Below, in pieces: positions 40,847 to 51,294 of a stretch of DNA of 64,000 nucleotides; position 1 is the stretch's first letter, and each line of letters starts with the position of its first letter. Made by a program: the position numbers and the translations under genes. Below the pieces are notes generated by a model that saw nothing but the letters and a program-made list of their open reading frames with translations, made no database searches and was not told the origin of the DNA. The stretch lies in assembly GCF_003019035.1 (NCBI RefSeq), contig NZ_CP027447.1; one strand, 5' to 3'. The stretch comes from Escherichia coli. GTDB taxonomy: Bacteria; Pseudomonadota; Gammaproteobacteria; Enterobacterales; Enterobacteriaceae.

Positions 40847-42299
40847 AAATTTCACTCATTTGTAGGATACAGAAAGCAATACAAAGCCCGCATAAACAAT
40901 TAGCATTTATGTTGTGTAATATTTTTTTGCCAGGCTTATAGTGTCTTTGGCAACGGGTAACTGTATTTTATATTTTTTGTATAAGGTCTCCTGTGAAAAT
41001 TCTCTTTTCACATTATTTAAATAAACAGAGATCCAGATTAAATACCTGAGTATAAAATCTCTTCTGATGTTTAATTGATTTGAATGTTCGTAAGCTATAT
41101 CACTTACTCAATCCATTTTACCCAGAGTCATAAAATAGAGTGTCTGTTGATCTCATTTTCATATTCCTTTCAGACTGAAGTGCATTTTCATCACCCGATG
41201 TGAAAGAACTGAAGTGATGTTTGCCATAGATTACGAGATGCCCAGTCTCATTGACTATCGTGGTGCACCTTTATACCTGTTATACCAGATCAAAAATCAC
41301 GCAATCCATACAACAAAACCAGATTTGCAATTCGTGTCACAAAATATGTCGATCTTTTTCTAAGAGGCAGATGCCATGTGAAGCCAGACGAACACTTGCA
41401 GTGGTCTTCAAAAACTAAAAATTTTCTTTTAAATATATGTTTTATAAATAATTTATTTAGAATCTAAACAAAGAAAGCTTTGCAAGCTAACTCAGTGAGC
41501 TTGGTGAAAATAAGTGTTTACCCGCCATCAGGCTGAGCATAATTCTCACCATGAAATATGTTTCTTGGTTTGTGGCTTGTAACTGGTCACTCCTGATGTC
41601 GATCTGGAGAGGCTTGTTGATGTTGGTGTTTTCAGGATGATGTTTCACTTAGTTTGTTTGCCGTATCGTCCGGCGAATAGCTGTGATTGAGGAAGGTTTA
41701 AGTCGTAGTGACCAAAGCCATATTTACCAACGGATGTAGATGAAAAAGCGTCGCCTGCGTTCCCCCATATCTCCAGGATAAAAAGGAATGTAACAATCTC
41801 GTGGCGTAAGCTGATGAACCAGGCAGGAATAATCGCTAGGGACCTAAGAATTAGCATGATAATAGCCACTAAGAAATAACTGCGTTCCATGAAATAGCCA
41901 TTTTGTGGCAAATGCAGTTGACTAATAATGTCATATGTGAGACGGCTAGTTGAACGAATATTAAATTTTGCTGAATTTTTTATGTTGATTTTACTTGTTA
42001 CAGAACATATCACATGATATATAGATAAGATTAGTTGCATTAATGATGAGGGTTATTATTAGATTCGTATCCGATTGATAAATATATAAAGGTACATAGC
42101 ATGCAAGAGCATGGCGTTTGTATGGCAACGTTATTATAATTAACTGTTGCTACTCTATTTAAGTTCACTCAGAAGAACTGGTCCACTTACGTTAGTTATT
42201 AAGCAAACGTTCGCTTTTATAAACATAATCAGGATTAAAATGTTGGATTATTGCTAACCCAGCACAGCTAGTGCGCGTCTGTAATTATAAGGGAAAACG

Positions 42300-42902
42300 A
42301 TGAAGAATAAGGCTGATAACAAAAAAAGGAACTTCCTGACCCATAGTGAAATCGAATCACTCCTTAAAGCAGCAAATACCGGGCCTCATGCAGCACGTAA
42401 TTATTGTCTGACTTTGCTTTGTTTTATTCATGGTTTCCGGGCGAGTGAAATTTGTCGATTGAGGATTTCGGATATTGATCTTAAGGCAAAGTGTATATAT
42501 ATCCATCGATTAAAAAAAGGCTTTTCAACAACGCACCCGCTATTGAACAAAGAAGTTCAGGCTTTAAAAAACTGGTTGAGTATCCGTACTTCTTATCCGC
42601 ATGCTGAGAGCGAGTGGGTATTTTTATCACGTAAGGGGAATCCGCTTTCTCGGCAACAGTTTTACCATATTATCTCGACTTCTGGTGGTAATGCCGGGTT
42701 GTCACTGGAGATTCATCCGCACATGTTACGCCATTCGTGTGGTTTTGCTTTGGCGAATATGGGAATAGATACGCGACTTATCCAGGATTATCTTGGGCAT
42801 CGCAATATTCGTCATACTGTCTGGTATACCGCCAGCAATGCAGGGCGTTTTTACGGCATCTGGGATAGAGCCAGAGGGAGACAGCGTCACGCTGTTTTAT
42901 AG
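42300..42902 (+). CDS. fimB: Type 1 fimbriae switch recombinase FimB (tyrosine recombinase)
   Basis: 200-aa MKNKADNKKRNFLTHSEIESLLKAANTGPHAARNY... with the conserved HxxRH..Y catalytic region. Confidence 0.95.
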   Translation: MKNKADNKKRNFLTHSEIESLLKAANTGPHAARNYCLTLLCFIHGFRASEICRLRISDIDLKAKCIYIHRLKKGFSTTHPLLNKEVQALKNWLSIRTSYPHAESEWVFLSRKGNPLSRQQFYHIISTSGGNAGLSLEIHPHMLRHSCGFALANMGIDTRLIQDYLGHRNIRHTVWYTASNAGRFYGIWDRARGRQRHAVL

Positions 42903-43379
42903 AGATAGTTGAGATACCATGGATGGTGTTAAAAACTACATTATTCTTACGATATATCAAAAATGATTAACCATTTATTAATTGATGTTATTGTAAGTGT
43001 GATTCTTAATTATCATAATAAACATTAAGTTAACCATATCCATACAAAATACAATGGTTTATGTTCTTCAAAATAAATAAACAAAATCATTCATAAATTT
43101 ACACATCACTTAAATCCTCCTGTTTCCACACTTTTTTCTTTATTTTTTAAGCAACTGGAAGTTAATCTTCTGCAATCTATTGTTATATTGAATCAAATCA
43201 ATGAAAATAGATGTTGTCACATCGGTGATATTTTATTTTTGTATGATATTTAATGTAATTGACTGATAGCCACATCACTTCGTGTGTGGTTATCTTTTTA
43301 TCTATTGGGCTAATTTTGACCGATTGAGGTTTCCTATAGGTATTCATTCAAATATATCTCAGTCAGGAGTACTACTATT

Positions 43380-43976
43380 GTGAGTAAACGTCGTTATCTT
43401 ACCGGTAAAGAAGTTCAGGCCATGATGCAGGCGGTTTGTTACGGGGCAACGGGAGCCAGAGATTATTGTCTTATTCTGTTGGCATATCGGCATGGGATGC
43501 GTATTAGTGAACTGCTTGATCTGCATTATCAGGATCTTGACCTTAATGAAGGTCGAATAAATATTCGCCGACTGAAGAACGGATTTTCTACCGTTCACCC
43601 GTTACGTTATGATGAGCGTGAAGCCGTGGAACGCTGGACCCAGGAACGTGCTAACTGGAAAGGCGCTGACCGGACCGACGCTATATTTATTTCTCGCCGT
43701 GGGAGTCGGCTTTCTCGCCAGCAGGCCTATCGCATTATTCGCGATGCCGGTATTGAAGCTGGAACCGTAACGCAGACTCATCCTCATATGTTAAGGCATG
43801 CTTGCGGTTATGAACTGGCAGAGCGTGGTGCAGATACCCGTTTAATTCAGGATTATCTCGGGCATCGAAATATTCGCCATACTGTGCGTTATACCGCCAG
43901 TAATGCTGCTCGTTTTGCCGGATTATGGGAAAGAAATAATCTCATAAACGAAAAATTAAAAAGAGAAGAGGTTTGA
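43380..43976 (+). CDS. fimE: Type 1 fimbriae switch recombinase FimE
   Basis: 198-aa paralogue of FimB (SKRRYLTGKEVQAMMQAVCYGATGARDY...), GTG start. Confidence 0.95.
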   Translation: MSKRRYLTGKEVQAMMQAVCYGATGARDYCLILLAYRHGMRISELLDLHYQDLDLNEGRINIRRLKNGFSTVHPLRYDEREAVERWTQERANWKGADRTDAIFISRRGSRLSRQQAYRIIRDAGIEAGTVTQTHPHMLRHACGYELAERGADTRLIQDYLGHRNIRHTVRYTASNAARFAGLWERNNLINEKLKREEV

Positions 43977-44023
43977 TTTAACTTATTGATAATAAAGTTA
44001 AAAAACAAATAAATACAAGACAA

Positions 44024-44337
44024 TTGGGGCCAAACTGTCCATATCATAAATAAGTTACGTATTTTTTCTCAAGCATAAAAATATCAAAAAACGACAAAAA
44101 GCATCTAACTGTTTGATATGTAAATTATTTCTCTTGTAAATTAATTTCACATCACCTCCGCTATATGTAAAGCTAACGTTTCTGTGGCTCGATGCATCTT
44201 CCTCATTCTTCTCTCCAAAAACCACCTCATGCAATATAAAAATCTATAAATAAAGATAACAATAGAATATTAAGCCAACAAATAAACTGAAAAAGTTTGT
44301 GCGCGATGCTTTCCTCTATGAGTCAAAATGGCCCCAA
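44024..44337. promoter_or_regulatory. fimS: fimS invertible switch (314 bp between 9-bp inverted repeats), apparently in phase-OFF orientation
   Basis: TTGGGGCCA at 44024-44032 and its inverse TGGCCCCAA at 44329-44337; the internal promoter lies at the fimE-proximal end on the minus strand. Confidence 0.8.
44043..44072 (-). promoter_or_regulatory. fimA sigma70 promoter inside fimS, pointing away from fimA
   Basis: On the minus strand: -35 TTGAGA (44072-44067), 18-bp spacer, -10 TATGAT (44048-44043). Confidence 0.6.
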
Positions 44338-44456
44338 ATGTTTCATCTTTTGGGGGGAAACTGTGCAGTGTTGGCAGTCAAACTCGTTGACAAAACAAAG
44401 CGTACAGAACGACTGCCCATGTCGATTTAGAAATAGTTTTTTTAAAGGAAAGCAGC

Positions 44457-45005
44457 ATGAAAATTAAAACTCTGGCAATCGTTGTTCTGTCGGCTCTGTC
44501 CCTCAGTTCCGCAGCGGCTCTGGCTGATACTACGACGGTAAATGGTGGGACCGTTCACTTTAAAGGGGAAGTTGTTAACGCCGCTTGCGCAGTTGATGCA
44601 GGCTCTGTTGATCAAACCGTTCAGTTAGGACAGGTTCGTACCGCATCGCTGGCACAAGAAGGAGCAACCAGTTCTGCTGTCGGTTTTAACATTCAACTGA
44701 ACGATTGTGACACTACTGTTGCAGACAAAGCTGCTATTGCCTTCCTTGGTACCGCAATTGATGGAACTCATCCTAACGTATTAGCTTTGCAGAGTTCAGC
44801 TGCGGGTAGCGCAACAAAAGTTGGTGTGCAGATCCTGGACAGAACGGGTGCTGTGCTGGCGCTGGACGGTGCGACATTCAGTGAGCAAACAACCCTGAAT
44901 AACGGTACTAACACCATTCCGTTCCAGGCGCGTTATTATGCAACCGGTGTCGCAACCCCGGGTGCTGCTAATGCGGATGCGACCTTCAAGGTTCAGTATC
45001 AATAA
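44457..45005 (+). CDS. fimA: Type 1 fimbrial major subunit
   Basis: 182-aa pilin with signal peptide [23 protein letters not shown] and the conserved C-terminal ..ATFKVQYQ. Confidence 0.95.
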   Translation: MKIKTLAIVVLSALSLSSAAALADTTTVNGGTVHFKGEVVNAACAVDAGSVDQTVQLGQVRTASLAQEGATSSAVGFNIQLNDCDTTVADKAAIAFLGTAIDGTHPNVLALQSSAAGSATKVGVQILDRTGAVLALDGATFSEQTTLNNGTNTIPFQARYYATGVATPGAANADATFKVQYQ

Positions 45006-45069
45006 CCTACCCAGGATCAGGGACGTCATTACGGGCAGGGATGCCCACCCTTGTGCGATAAAAATAACG

Positions 45070-45609
45070 ATGAAAAGGAAGAGATTATTTCTGTTAGCGT
45101 CGTTGCTGCCGGTGTTTGCTCTGGCCGGAAATAAATGGAATACCACGCTGCCCGGCGGAAATATGCAATTTCAGGGCGTCATTATTGCGGAAGCTTGCCG
45201 GATTGAAGCCGGTGATAAACAAATGACGGTCAATATGGGGCAAATCAGCAGTAACCGGTTTCATGCGGTAGGGGAAGATAGCGCACCGGTGCCTTTTGTT
45301 ATTCATTTACGGGAATGTAGCACGGTGGTGAGTGAACGTGTGGGTGTGGCGTTTCACGGTGTCGCGGATGGTAAAAATCCGGATGTGCTTTCCGTGGGAG
45401 AGGGGCCAGGGATAGCCACCAATATTGGCGTAGCGTTATTTGATGATGAAGGAAACCTCGTACCGATTAATCGTCCTCCAGCAAACTGGAAACGGCTTTA
45501 CTCAGGCTCTACTTCGCTACATTTCATCGCCAAATATCGTGCTACCGGGCGTCGGGTTACTGGCGGCATCGCCAATGCCCAGGCCTGGTTCTCTTTAACC
45601 TATCAGTAA
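45070..45609 (+). CDS. fimI: Fimbrial protein FimI
   Basis: 179-aa pilin-like protein starting [19 protein letters not shown]; the track ORF is extended 44 codons upstream into fimA. Confidence 0.9.
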   Translation: MKRKRLFLLASLLPVFALAGNKWNTTLPGGNMQFQGVIIAEACRIEAGDKQMTVNMGQISSNRFHAVGEDSAPVPFVIHLRECSTVVSERVGVAFHGVADGKNPDVLSVGEGPGIATNIGVALFDDEGNLVPINRPPANWKRLYSGSTSLHFIAKYRATGRRVTGGIANAQAWFSLTYQ

Positions 45610-45645
45610 TTGTTCAGCAGATAATGTGATAACAGGAACAGGACA

Positions 45646-46371
45646 GTGAGTAATAAAAACGTCAATGTAAGGAAATCGCAGGAAATAACATTCTGCTTGC
45701 TGGCAGGTATCCTGATGTTCATGGCAATGGTGGTTGCCGGACGCGCTGAAGCGGGAGTGGCCTTAGGTGCGACCCGCGTAATTTATCCGGCAGGGCAAAA
45801 ACAAGTGCAACTTGCCGTGACAAATAATGATGAAAATAGCACCTATTTAATTCAATCATGGGTGGAAAATGCCGATGGTGTTAAGGATGGTCGTTTTATC
45901 GTGACGCCACCTCTGTTTGCGATGAAGGGAAAAAGAGAGAATACCTTGCGTATTCTTGATGCAACAAATAACCAATTGCCACAGGATCGGGAAAGTTTAT
46001 TCTGGATGAACGTTAAAGCGATTCCGTCAATGGATAAATCAAAATTGACTGAGAATACGCTACAGCTCGCAATTATCAGCCGCATTAAACTGTACTATCG
46101 CCCGGCTAAATTAGCGTTGCCACCCGATCAGGCCGCAGAAAAATTAAGATTTCGTCGTAGCGCGAATTCTCTGACGCTGATCAACCCGACACCCTATTAC
46201 CTGACGGTAACAGAGTTGAATGCCGGAACCCGGGTTCTTGAAAATGCATTGGTGCCTCCAATGGGCGAAAGCACGGTTAAATTGCCTTCTGATGCAGGAA
46301 GCAATATTACTTACCGAACAATAAATGATTATGGCGCACTTACCCCCAAAATGACGGGCGTAATGGAATAA
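45646..46371 (+). CDS. fimC: Periplasmic fimbrial chaperone
   Basis: 241-aa PapD-like chaperone, GTG start. Confidence 0.95.
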   Translation: MSNKNVNVRKSQEITFCLLAGILMFMAMVVAGRAEAGVALGATRVIYPAGQKQVQLAVTNNDENSTYLIQSWVENADGVKDGRFIVTPPLFAMKGKRENTLRILDATNNQLPQDRESLFWMNVKAIPSMDKSKLTENTLQLAIISRIKLYYRPAKLALPPDQAAEKLRFRRSANSLTLINPTPYYLTVTELNAGTRVLENALVPPMGESTVKLPSDAGSNITYRTINDYGALTPKMTGVME

Positions 46372-46437
46372 CGCAGGGGGATTTTTTCGCCTGAATAAAA
46401 AGAATTGACTGCCGGGTGATTTTAAACCGGAGGAATA

Positions 46438-49074
46438 ATGTCATATCTGAATTTAAGACTTTACCAGCGAAACACACAATGCTTGCATATTCGTAAGCAT
46501 CGTTTGGCTGGTTTTTTTGTCCGGCTCTTTGTCGCCTGTGCTTTTGCCGCACAGGCACCTTTGTCATCTGCCGAACTCTATTTTAACCCGCGTTTTTTAG
46601 CGGATGATCCCCAGGCTGTGGCCGATTTATCGCGTTTTGAAAATGGGCAAGAATTACCGCCAGGGACGTATCGCGTCGATATCTATTTGAATAATGGTTA
46701 TATGGCAACGCGTGATGTCACATTTAATACGGGCGACAGTGAACAAGGGATTGTTCCCTGCCTGACACGCGCGCAACTTGCCAGTATGGAGCTGAATACG
46801 GCTTCTGTCTCCGGTATGAATCTGCTGGCGGATGATGCCTGCGTGCCATTAACCTCAATGATCCATGACGCTACTGCGCATTTAGATGTTGGTCAGCAGC
46901 GACTCAACCTGACGATCCCTCAGGCATTTATGAGTAATCGCGCGCGTGGATATATTCCTCCTGAGTTGTGGGATCCCGGTATTAATGCCGGATTGCTCAA
47001 TTATAATTTCAGCGGAAATAGTGTACAGAATCGGATTGGGGGTAACAGCCATTATGCATATTTAAACCTACAGAGTGGGTTAAATATTGGTGCGTGGCGT
47101 TTACGCGACAATACCACCTGGAGTTATAACAGTAGCGACAGATCATCAGGTAGCAAAAATAAATGGCAGCATATCAATACCTGGCTTGAGCGAGACATAA
47201 TACCGTTACGTTCCCGGCTGACGCTGGGTGATGGTTATACTCAGGGCGATATTTTCGATGGTATTAACTTTCGCGGCGCACAATTGGCCTCAGATGACAA
47301 TATGTTACCCGATAGCCAAAGAGGATTTGCCCCGGTGATCCACGGTATTGCTCGTGGTACTGCACAGGTCACTATTAAACAAAATGGGTATGACATTTAT
47401 AATAGTACGGTGCCACCGGGGCCTTTTACCATCAACGATATCTATGCCGCAGGTAATAGTGGTGACTTGCAGGTAACGATTAAAGAGGCTGACGGCAGTA
47501 CGCAGATTTTTACCGTACCCTATTCGTCAGTCCCGCTTTTGCAACGTGAAGGGCATACACGTTATTCCATTACGGCAGGAGAATACCGTAGTGGAAATGC
47601 GCAACAGGAAAAACCCCGCTTTTTCCAGAGTACATTACTCCACGGCCTTCCGGCTGGCTGGACAATATATGGTGGAACGCAACTGGCGGATCGTTATCGT
47701 GCGTTTAATTTCGGTATCGGGAAAAATATGGGGGCACTGGGCGCTCTGTCTGTGGATATGACGCAGGCTAATTCCACACTTCCCGATGACAGTCAGCATG
47801 ACGGAAAATCGGTGCGTTTTCTTTATAACAAATCGCTCAATGAGTCAGGCACGAATATTCAGTTAGTGGGTTACCGTTATTCGACCAGTGGGTATTTTAA
47901 TTTCGCTGATACAACATACAGTCGAATGAATGGCTACAACATCGAAACACAGGATGGTGTTATTCAGGTTAAGCCGAAATTCACCGACTATTACAATCTC
48001 GCTTATAACAAACGCGGGAAATTACAACTCACCGTTACTCAGCAACTCGGGCGCACATCAACACTGTATTTGAGTGGTAGCCATCAAACTTATTGGGGAA
48101 CGAGTAATGTCGATGAGCAATTCCAGGCTGGATTAAATACTGCGTTCGAAGATATTAACTGGACGCTCAGCTATAGCCTGACGAAAAACGCCTGGCAAAA
48201 AGGACGGGATCAGATGTTAGCTCTTAACGTCAATATTCCTTTCAGCCACTGGCTGCGTTCTGACAGTAAATCTCAGTGGCGACATGCCAGTGCCAGCTAC
48301 AGCATGTCACACGATCTCAACGGTCGGATGACCAATCTGGCCGGTGTATACGGTACGTTGCTGGCAGACAACAACCTCAGCTATAGCGTGCAAACCGGCT
48401 ATGCCGGGGGAGGCGATGGTAATAGCGGAAGTACAGGCTACGCCACGCTGAATTATCGCGGTGGCTACGGCAATGCCAACATCGGTTACAGCCATAGCGA
48501 TGATATTAAGCAGCTCTATTACGGAGTCAGCGGTGGGGTACTGGCTCATGCCAATGGCGTAACGCTGGGGCAGCCGTTAAACGATACGGTGGTGCTTGTT
48601 AAAGCGCCTGGCGCAAAAGATGCAAAAGTCGAAAACCAGACAGGAGTGCGTACCGACTGGCGGGGTTATGCCGTGCTGCCTTATGCCACTGAATATCGGG
48701 AAAACAGAGTGGCGCTGGATACCAATACCCTGGCTGATAACGTCGATTTAGATAATGCGGTCGCTAACGTTGTTCCCACCCGTGGGGCGATCGTGCGAGC
48801 AGAGTTTAAAGCGCGCGTTGGGATAAAACTGCTCATGACGCTGACCCACAATAATAAGCCGCTGCCGTTTGGGGCGATGGTGACATCAGAGAGTAGCCAG
48901 AGTAGCGGCATTGTTGCGGATAATGGTCAGGTTTACCTCAGCGGAATGCCTTTAGCGGGAAAAGTTCAGGTGAAATGGGGAGAAGAGGAAAATGCTCACT
49001 GTGTCGCCAATTATCAACTGCCACCAGAGAGTCAGCAGCAGTTATTAACCCAGCTATCAGCTGAATGTCGTTAA
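46438..49074 (+). CDS. fimD: Outer-membrane fimbrial usher
   Basis: 878-aa usher with signal peptide; full-length. Confidence 0.95.
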   Translation: MSYLNLRLYQRNTQCLHIRKHRLAGFFVRLFVACAFAAQAPLSSAELYFNPRFLADDPQAVADLSRFENGQELPPGTYRVDIYLNNGYMATRDVTFNTGDSEQGIVPCLTRAQLASMELNTASVSGMNLLADDACVPLTSMIHDATAHLDVGQQRLNLTIPQAFMSNRARGYIPPELWDPGINAGLLNYNFSGNSVQNRIGGNSHYAYLNLQSGLNIGAWRLRDNTTWSYNSSDRSSGSKNKWQHINTWLERDIIPLRSRLTLGDGYTQGDIFDGINFRGAQLASDDNMLPDSQRGFAPVIHGIARGTAQVTIKQNGYDIYNSTVPPGPFTINDIYAAGNSGDLQVTIKEADGSTQIFTVPYSSVPLLQREGHTRYSITAGEYRSGNAQQEKPRFFQSTLLHGLPAGWTIYGGTQLADRYRAFNFGIGKNMGALGALSVDMTQANSTLPDDSQHDGKSVRFLYNKSLNESGTNIQLVGYRYSTSGYFNFADTTYSRMNGYNIETQDGVIQVKPKFTDYYNLAYNKRGKLQLTVTQQLGRTSTLYLSGSHQTYWGTSNVDEQFQAGLNTAFEDINWTLSYSLTKNAWQKGRDQMLALNVNIPFSHWLRSDSKSQWRHASASYSMSHDLNGRMTNLAGVYGTLLADNNLSYSVQTGYAGGGDGNSGSTGYATLNYRGGYGNANIGYSHSDDIKQLYYGVSGGVLAHANGVTLGQPLNDTVVLVKAPGAKDAKVENQTGVRTDWRGYAVLPYATEYRENRVALDTNTLADNVDLDNAVANVVPTRGAIVRAEFKARVGIKLLMTLTHNNKPLPFGAMVTSESSQSSGIVADNGQVYLSGMPLAGKVQVKWGEEENAHCVANYQLPPESQQQLLTQLSAECR

Positions 49075-49083
49075 GGGGGCGTG

Positions 49084-49614
49084 ATGAGAAACAAACCTTT
49101 TTATCTTCTGTGCGCTTTTTTGTGGCTGGCGGTGAGTCACGCTTTGGCTGCGGATAGCACGATTACTATCCGCGGCTATGTCAGAGATAACGGCTGTAGT
49201 GTGGCTGCTGAATCAACCAATTTTACTGTTGATCTGATGGAAAACGCGGCGAAGCAATTTAACAACATTGGCGCGACGACTCCTGTCGTTCCATTTCGTA
49301 TTTTGCTGTCACCCTGTGGTAATGCCGTTTCTGCCGTAAAAGTTGGGTTTACCGGTGTTGCAGATAGCCACAATGCCAACCTGCTTGCACTTGAAAATAC
49401 GGTGTCAGCGGCTTCGGGACTGGGAATACAGCTTCTGAATGAGCAGCAAAATCAAATACCCCTTAATGCTCCATCGTCCGCGATTTCGTGGACGACCCTG
49501 ACGCCAGGTAAACCAAATACGCTGAATTTTTACGCCCGGCTAATGGCGACACAGGTGCCTGTCACTGCAGGGCATATCAATGCCACGGCTACCTTCACTC
49601 TTGAATATCAGTAA
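49084..49614 (+). CDS. fimF: Type 1 fimbrial minor subunit FimF
   Basis: 176-aa pilin-like protein [22 protein letters not shown]...; ATG one codon after the track GTG. Confidence 0.9.
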   Translation: MRNKPFYLLCAFLWLAVSHALAADSTITIRGYVRDNGCSVAAESTNFTVDLMENAAKQFNNIGATTPVVPFRILLSPCGNAVSAVKVGFTGVADSHNANLLALENTVSAASGLGIQLLNEQQNQIPLNAPSSAISWTTLTPGKPNTLNFYARLMATQVPVTAGHINATATFTLEYQ

Positions 49615-49626
49615 CTGGAGATGCTC

Positions 49627-50130
49627 ATGAAATGGCGCAAACGTGGGTATTTATTGGCGGCAATATTGGCGCTCGCAAGTGCGACGATACAGGCAGCCGA
49701 TGTCACCATCACGGTGAACGGTAAGGTCGTCGCCAAACCGTGCACGGTTTCCACCACCAATGCCACGGTTGATCTCGGCGATCTTTATTCTTTCAGTCTT
49801 ATGTCTGCCGGGGCGGCATCGGCCTGGCATGATGTTGCGCTTGAGTTGACTAATTGTCCGGTGGGAACGTCGAGGGTCACTGCCAGCTTCAGCGGGGCAG
49901 CCGACAGTACCGGATATTATAAAAACCAGGGGACCGCGCAAAACATCCAGTTAGAGCTACAGGATGACAGTGGCAACACATTGAATACTGGCGCAACCAA
50001 AACAGTTCAGGTGGATGATTCCTCACAATCAGCGCACTTCCCGTTACAGGTCAGAGCATTGACCGTAAATGGTGGAGCCACTCAGGGAACCATTCAGGCA
50101 GTGATTAGCATCACCTATACCTACAGCTGA
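49627..50130 (+). CDS. fimG: Type 1 fimbrial minor subunit FimG
   Basis: 167-aa pilin-like protein MKWRKRGYLLAAILALASATIQA... Confidence 0.9.
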   Translation: MKWRKRGYLLAAILALASATIQAADVTITVNGKVVAKPCTVSTTNATVDLGDLYSFSLMSAGAASAWHDVALELTNCPVGTSRVTASFSGAADSTGYYKNQGTAQNIQLELQDDSGNTLNTGATKTVQVDDSSQSAHFPLQVRALTVNGGATQGTIQAVISITYTYS

Positions 50131-50149
50131 ACCCGAAGAGATGATTGTA

Positions 50150-51052
50150 ATGAAACGAGTTATTACCCTGTTTGCTGTACTGCTGATGGGCTGGTCGGTA
50201 AATGCCTGGTCATTCGCCTGTAAAACCGCCAATGGTACCGCAATCCCTATTGGCGGTGGCAGCGCCAATGTTTATGTAAACCTTGCGCCTGCCGTGAATG
50301 TGGGGCAAAACCTGGTCGTAGATCTTTCGACGCAAATCTTTTGCCATAACGATTACCCGGAAACCATTACAGACTATGTCACACTGCAACGAGGTTCGGC
50401 TTATGGCGGCGTGTTATCTAATTTTTCCGGGACCGTAAAATATAGTGGCAGTAGCTATCCATTTCCGACCACCAGTGAAACGCCGCGCGTTGTTTATAAT
50501 TCGAGAACGGATAAGCCGTGGCCGGTGGCGCTTTATTTGACGCCGGTGAGCAGTGCGGGGGGAGTGGCGATTAAAGCTGGCTCATTAATTGCCGTGCTTA
50601 TTTTGCGACAGACCAACAACTATAACAGCGATGATTTCCAGTTTGTGTGGAATATTTACGCCAATAATGATGTGGTGGTGCCCACTGGCGGCTGTGATGT
50701 TTCTGCTCGTGATGTCACCGTTACTCTGCCGGACTACCCTGGTTCAGTGCCGATTCCTCTTACCGTTTATTGTGCGAAAAGCCAAAACCTGGGGTATTAC
50801 CTATCCGGCACAACCGCAGATGCGGGCAACTCGATTTTCACCAATACCGCGTCGTTTTCACCCGCGCAGGGCGTCGGCGTACAGTTGACGCGCAACGGTA
50901 CGATTATTCCAGCGAATAACACGGTATCGTTAGGAGCAGTAGGGACTTCGGCGGTAAGTCTGGGATTAACGGCAAATTACGCACGTACAGGAGGGCAGGT
51001 GACTGCAGGGAATGTGCAATCGATTATTGGCGTGACTTTTGTTTATCAATAA
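50150..51052 (+). CDS. fimH: Type 1 fimbrial mannose-binding adhesin FimH
   Basis: 300-aa MKRVITLFAVLLMGWSVNAWS FACKTANGTAIPIGGGSANVYVNLAP... (lectin domain) plus pilin domain. Confidence 0.95.
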   Translation: MKRVITLFAVLLMGWSVNAWSFACKTANGTAIPIGGGSANVYVNLAPAVNVGQNLVVDLSTQIFCHNDYPETITDYVTLQRGSAYGGVLSNFSGTVKYSGSSYPFPTTSETPRVVYNSRTDKPWPVALYLTPVSSAGGVAIKAGSLIAVLILRQTNNYNSDDFQFVWNIYANNDVVVPTGGCDVSARDVTVTLPDYPGSVPIPLTVYCAKSQNLGYYLSGTTADAGNSIFTNTASFSPAQGVGVQLTRNGTIIPANNTVSLGAVGTSAVSLGLTANYARTGGQVTAGNVQSIIGVTFVYQ

Positions 51053-51124
51053 AGAAATCACAGGACATTGCTAATGCTGGTACGCAATATTACCTGAAGC
51101 TAAAAACCTGCACGTTAGCCCTTT

Positions 51125-51161
51125 GTAGGCCAGATAAGACGCGTCAGCGTCGCATCTGGCA
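51125..51161. repeat. REP (repetitive extragenic palindromic) element
   Basis: GTAGGCCAGATAAGACGCGTCAGCGTCGCATCTGGCAT: REP-like GC-rich imperfect palindrome between convergent fimH and gntP. Confidence 0.6.
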
Positions 51162-51189
51162 TAAACAAAGCGCACTTTGCTGGTCTGTT

Positions 51190-51228
51190 CCCCTCACCCT
51201 AACCCTCTCCCCGGAGGGGCGAGGGGAC
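51190..51228. repeat. GC-rich palindromic intergenic repeat
   Basis: CCCCTCACCCTAACCCTCTCCCCGGAGGGGCGAGGGGAC; near-identical to the 55935 copy. Confidence 0.55.
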
Positions 51229-51294
51229 TGGCCGGGCACATTTTTAGACTTTGTCATCAGTCTGAGCCTGCCATTGGCAGGCTCCGGTGTTCTT

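Noticed and set aside
41645-42040. 131-aa ORF in the nanC-fimB intergenic region
   Set aside because: No RBS, AT-rich, no motif, and located in a region known to be regulatory; treated as chance, though a small membrane protein cannot be fully excluded.
44938-45069. 44-codon upstream extension of fimI overlapping the fimA 3' end
   Set aside because: The extension has no RBS and overlaps fimA; the ATG at 45070 gives the expected 179-aa FimI with a normal signal peptide.
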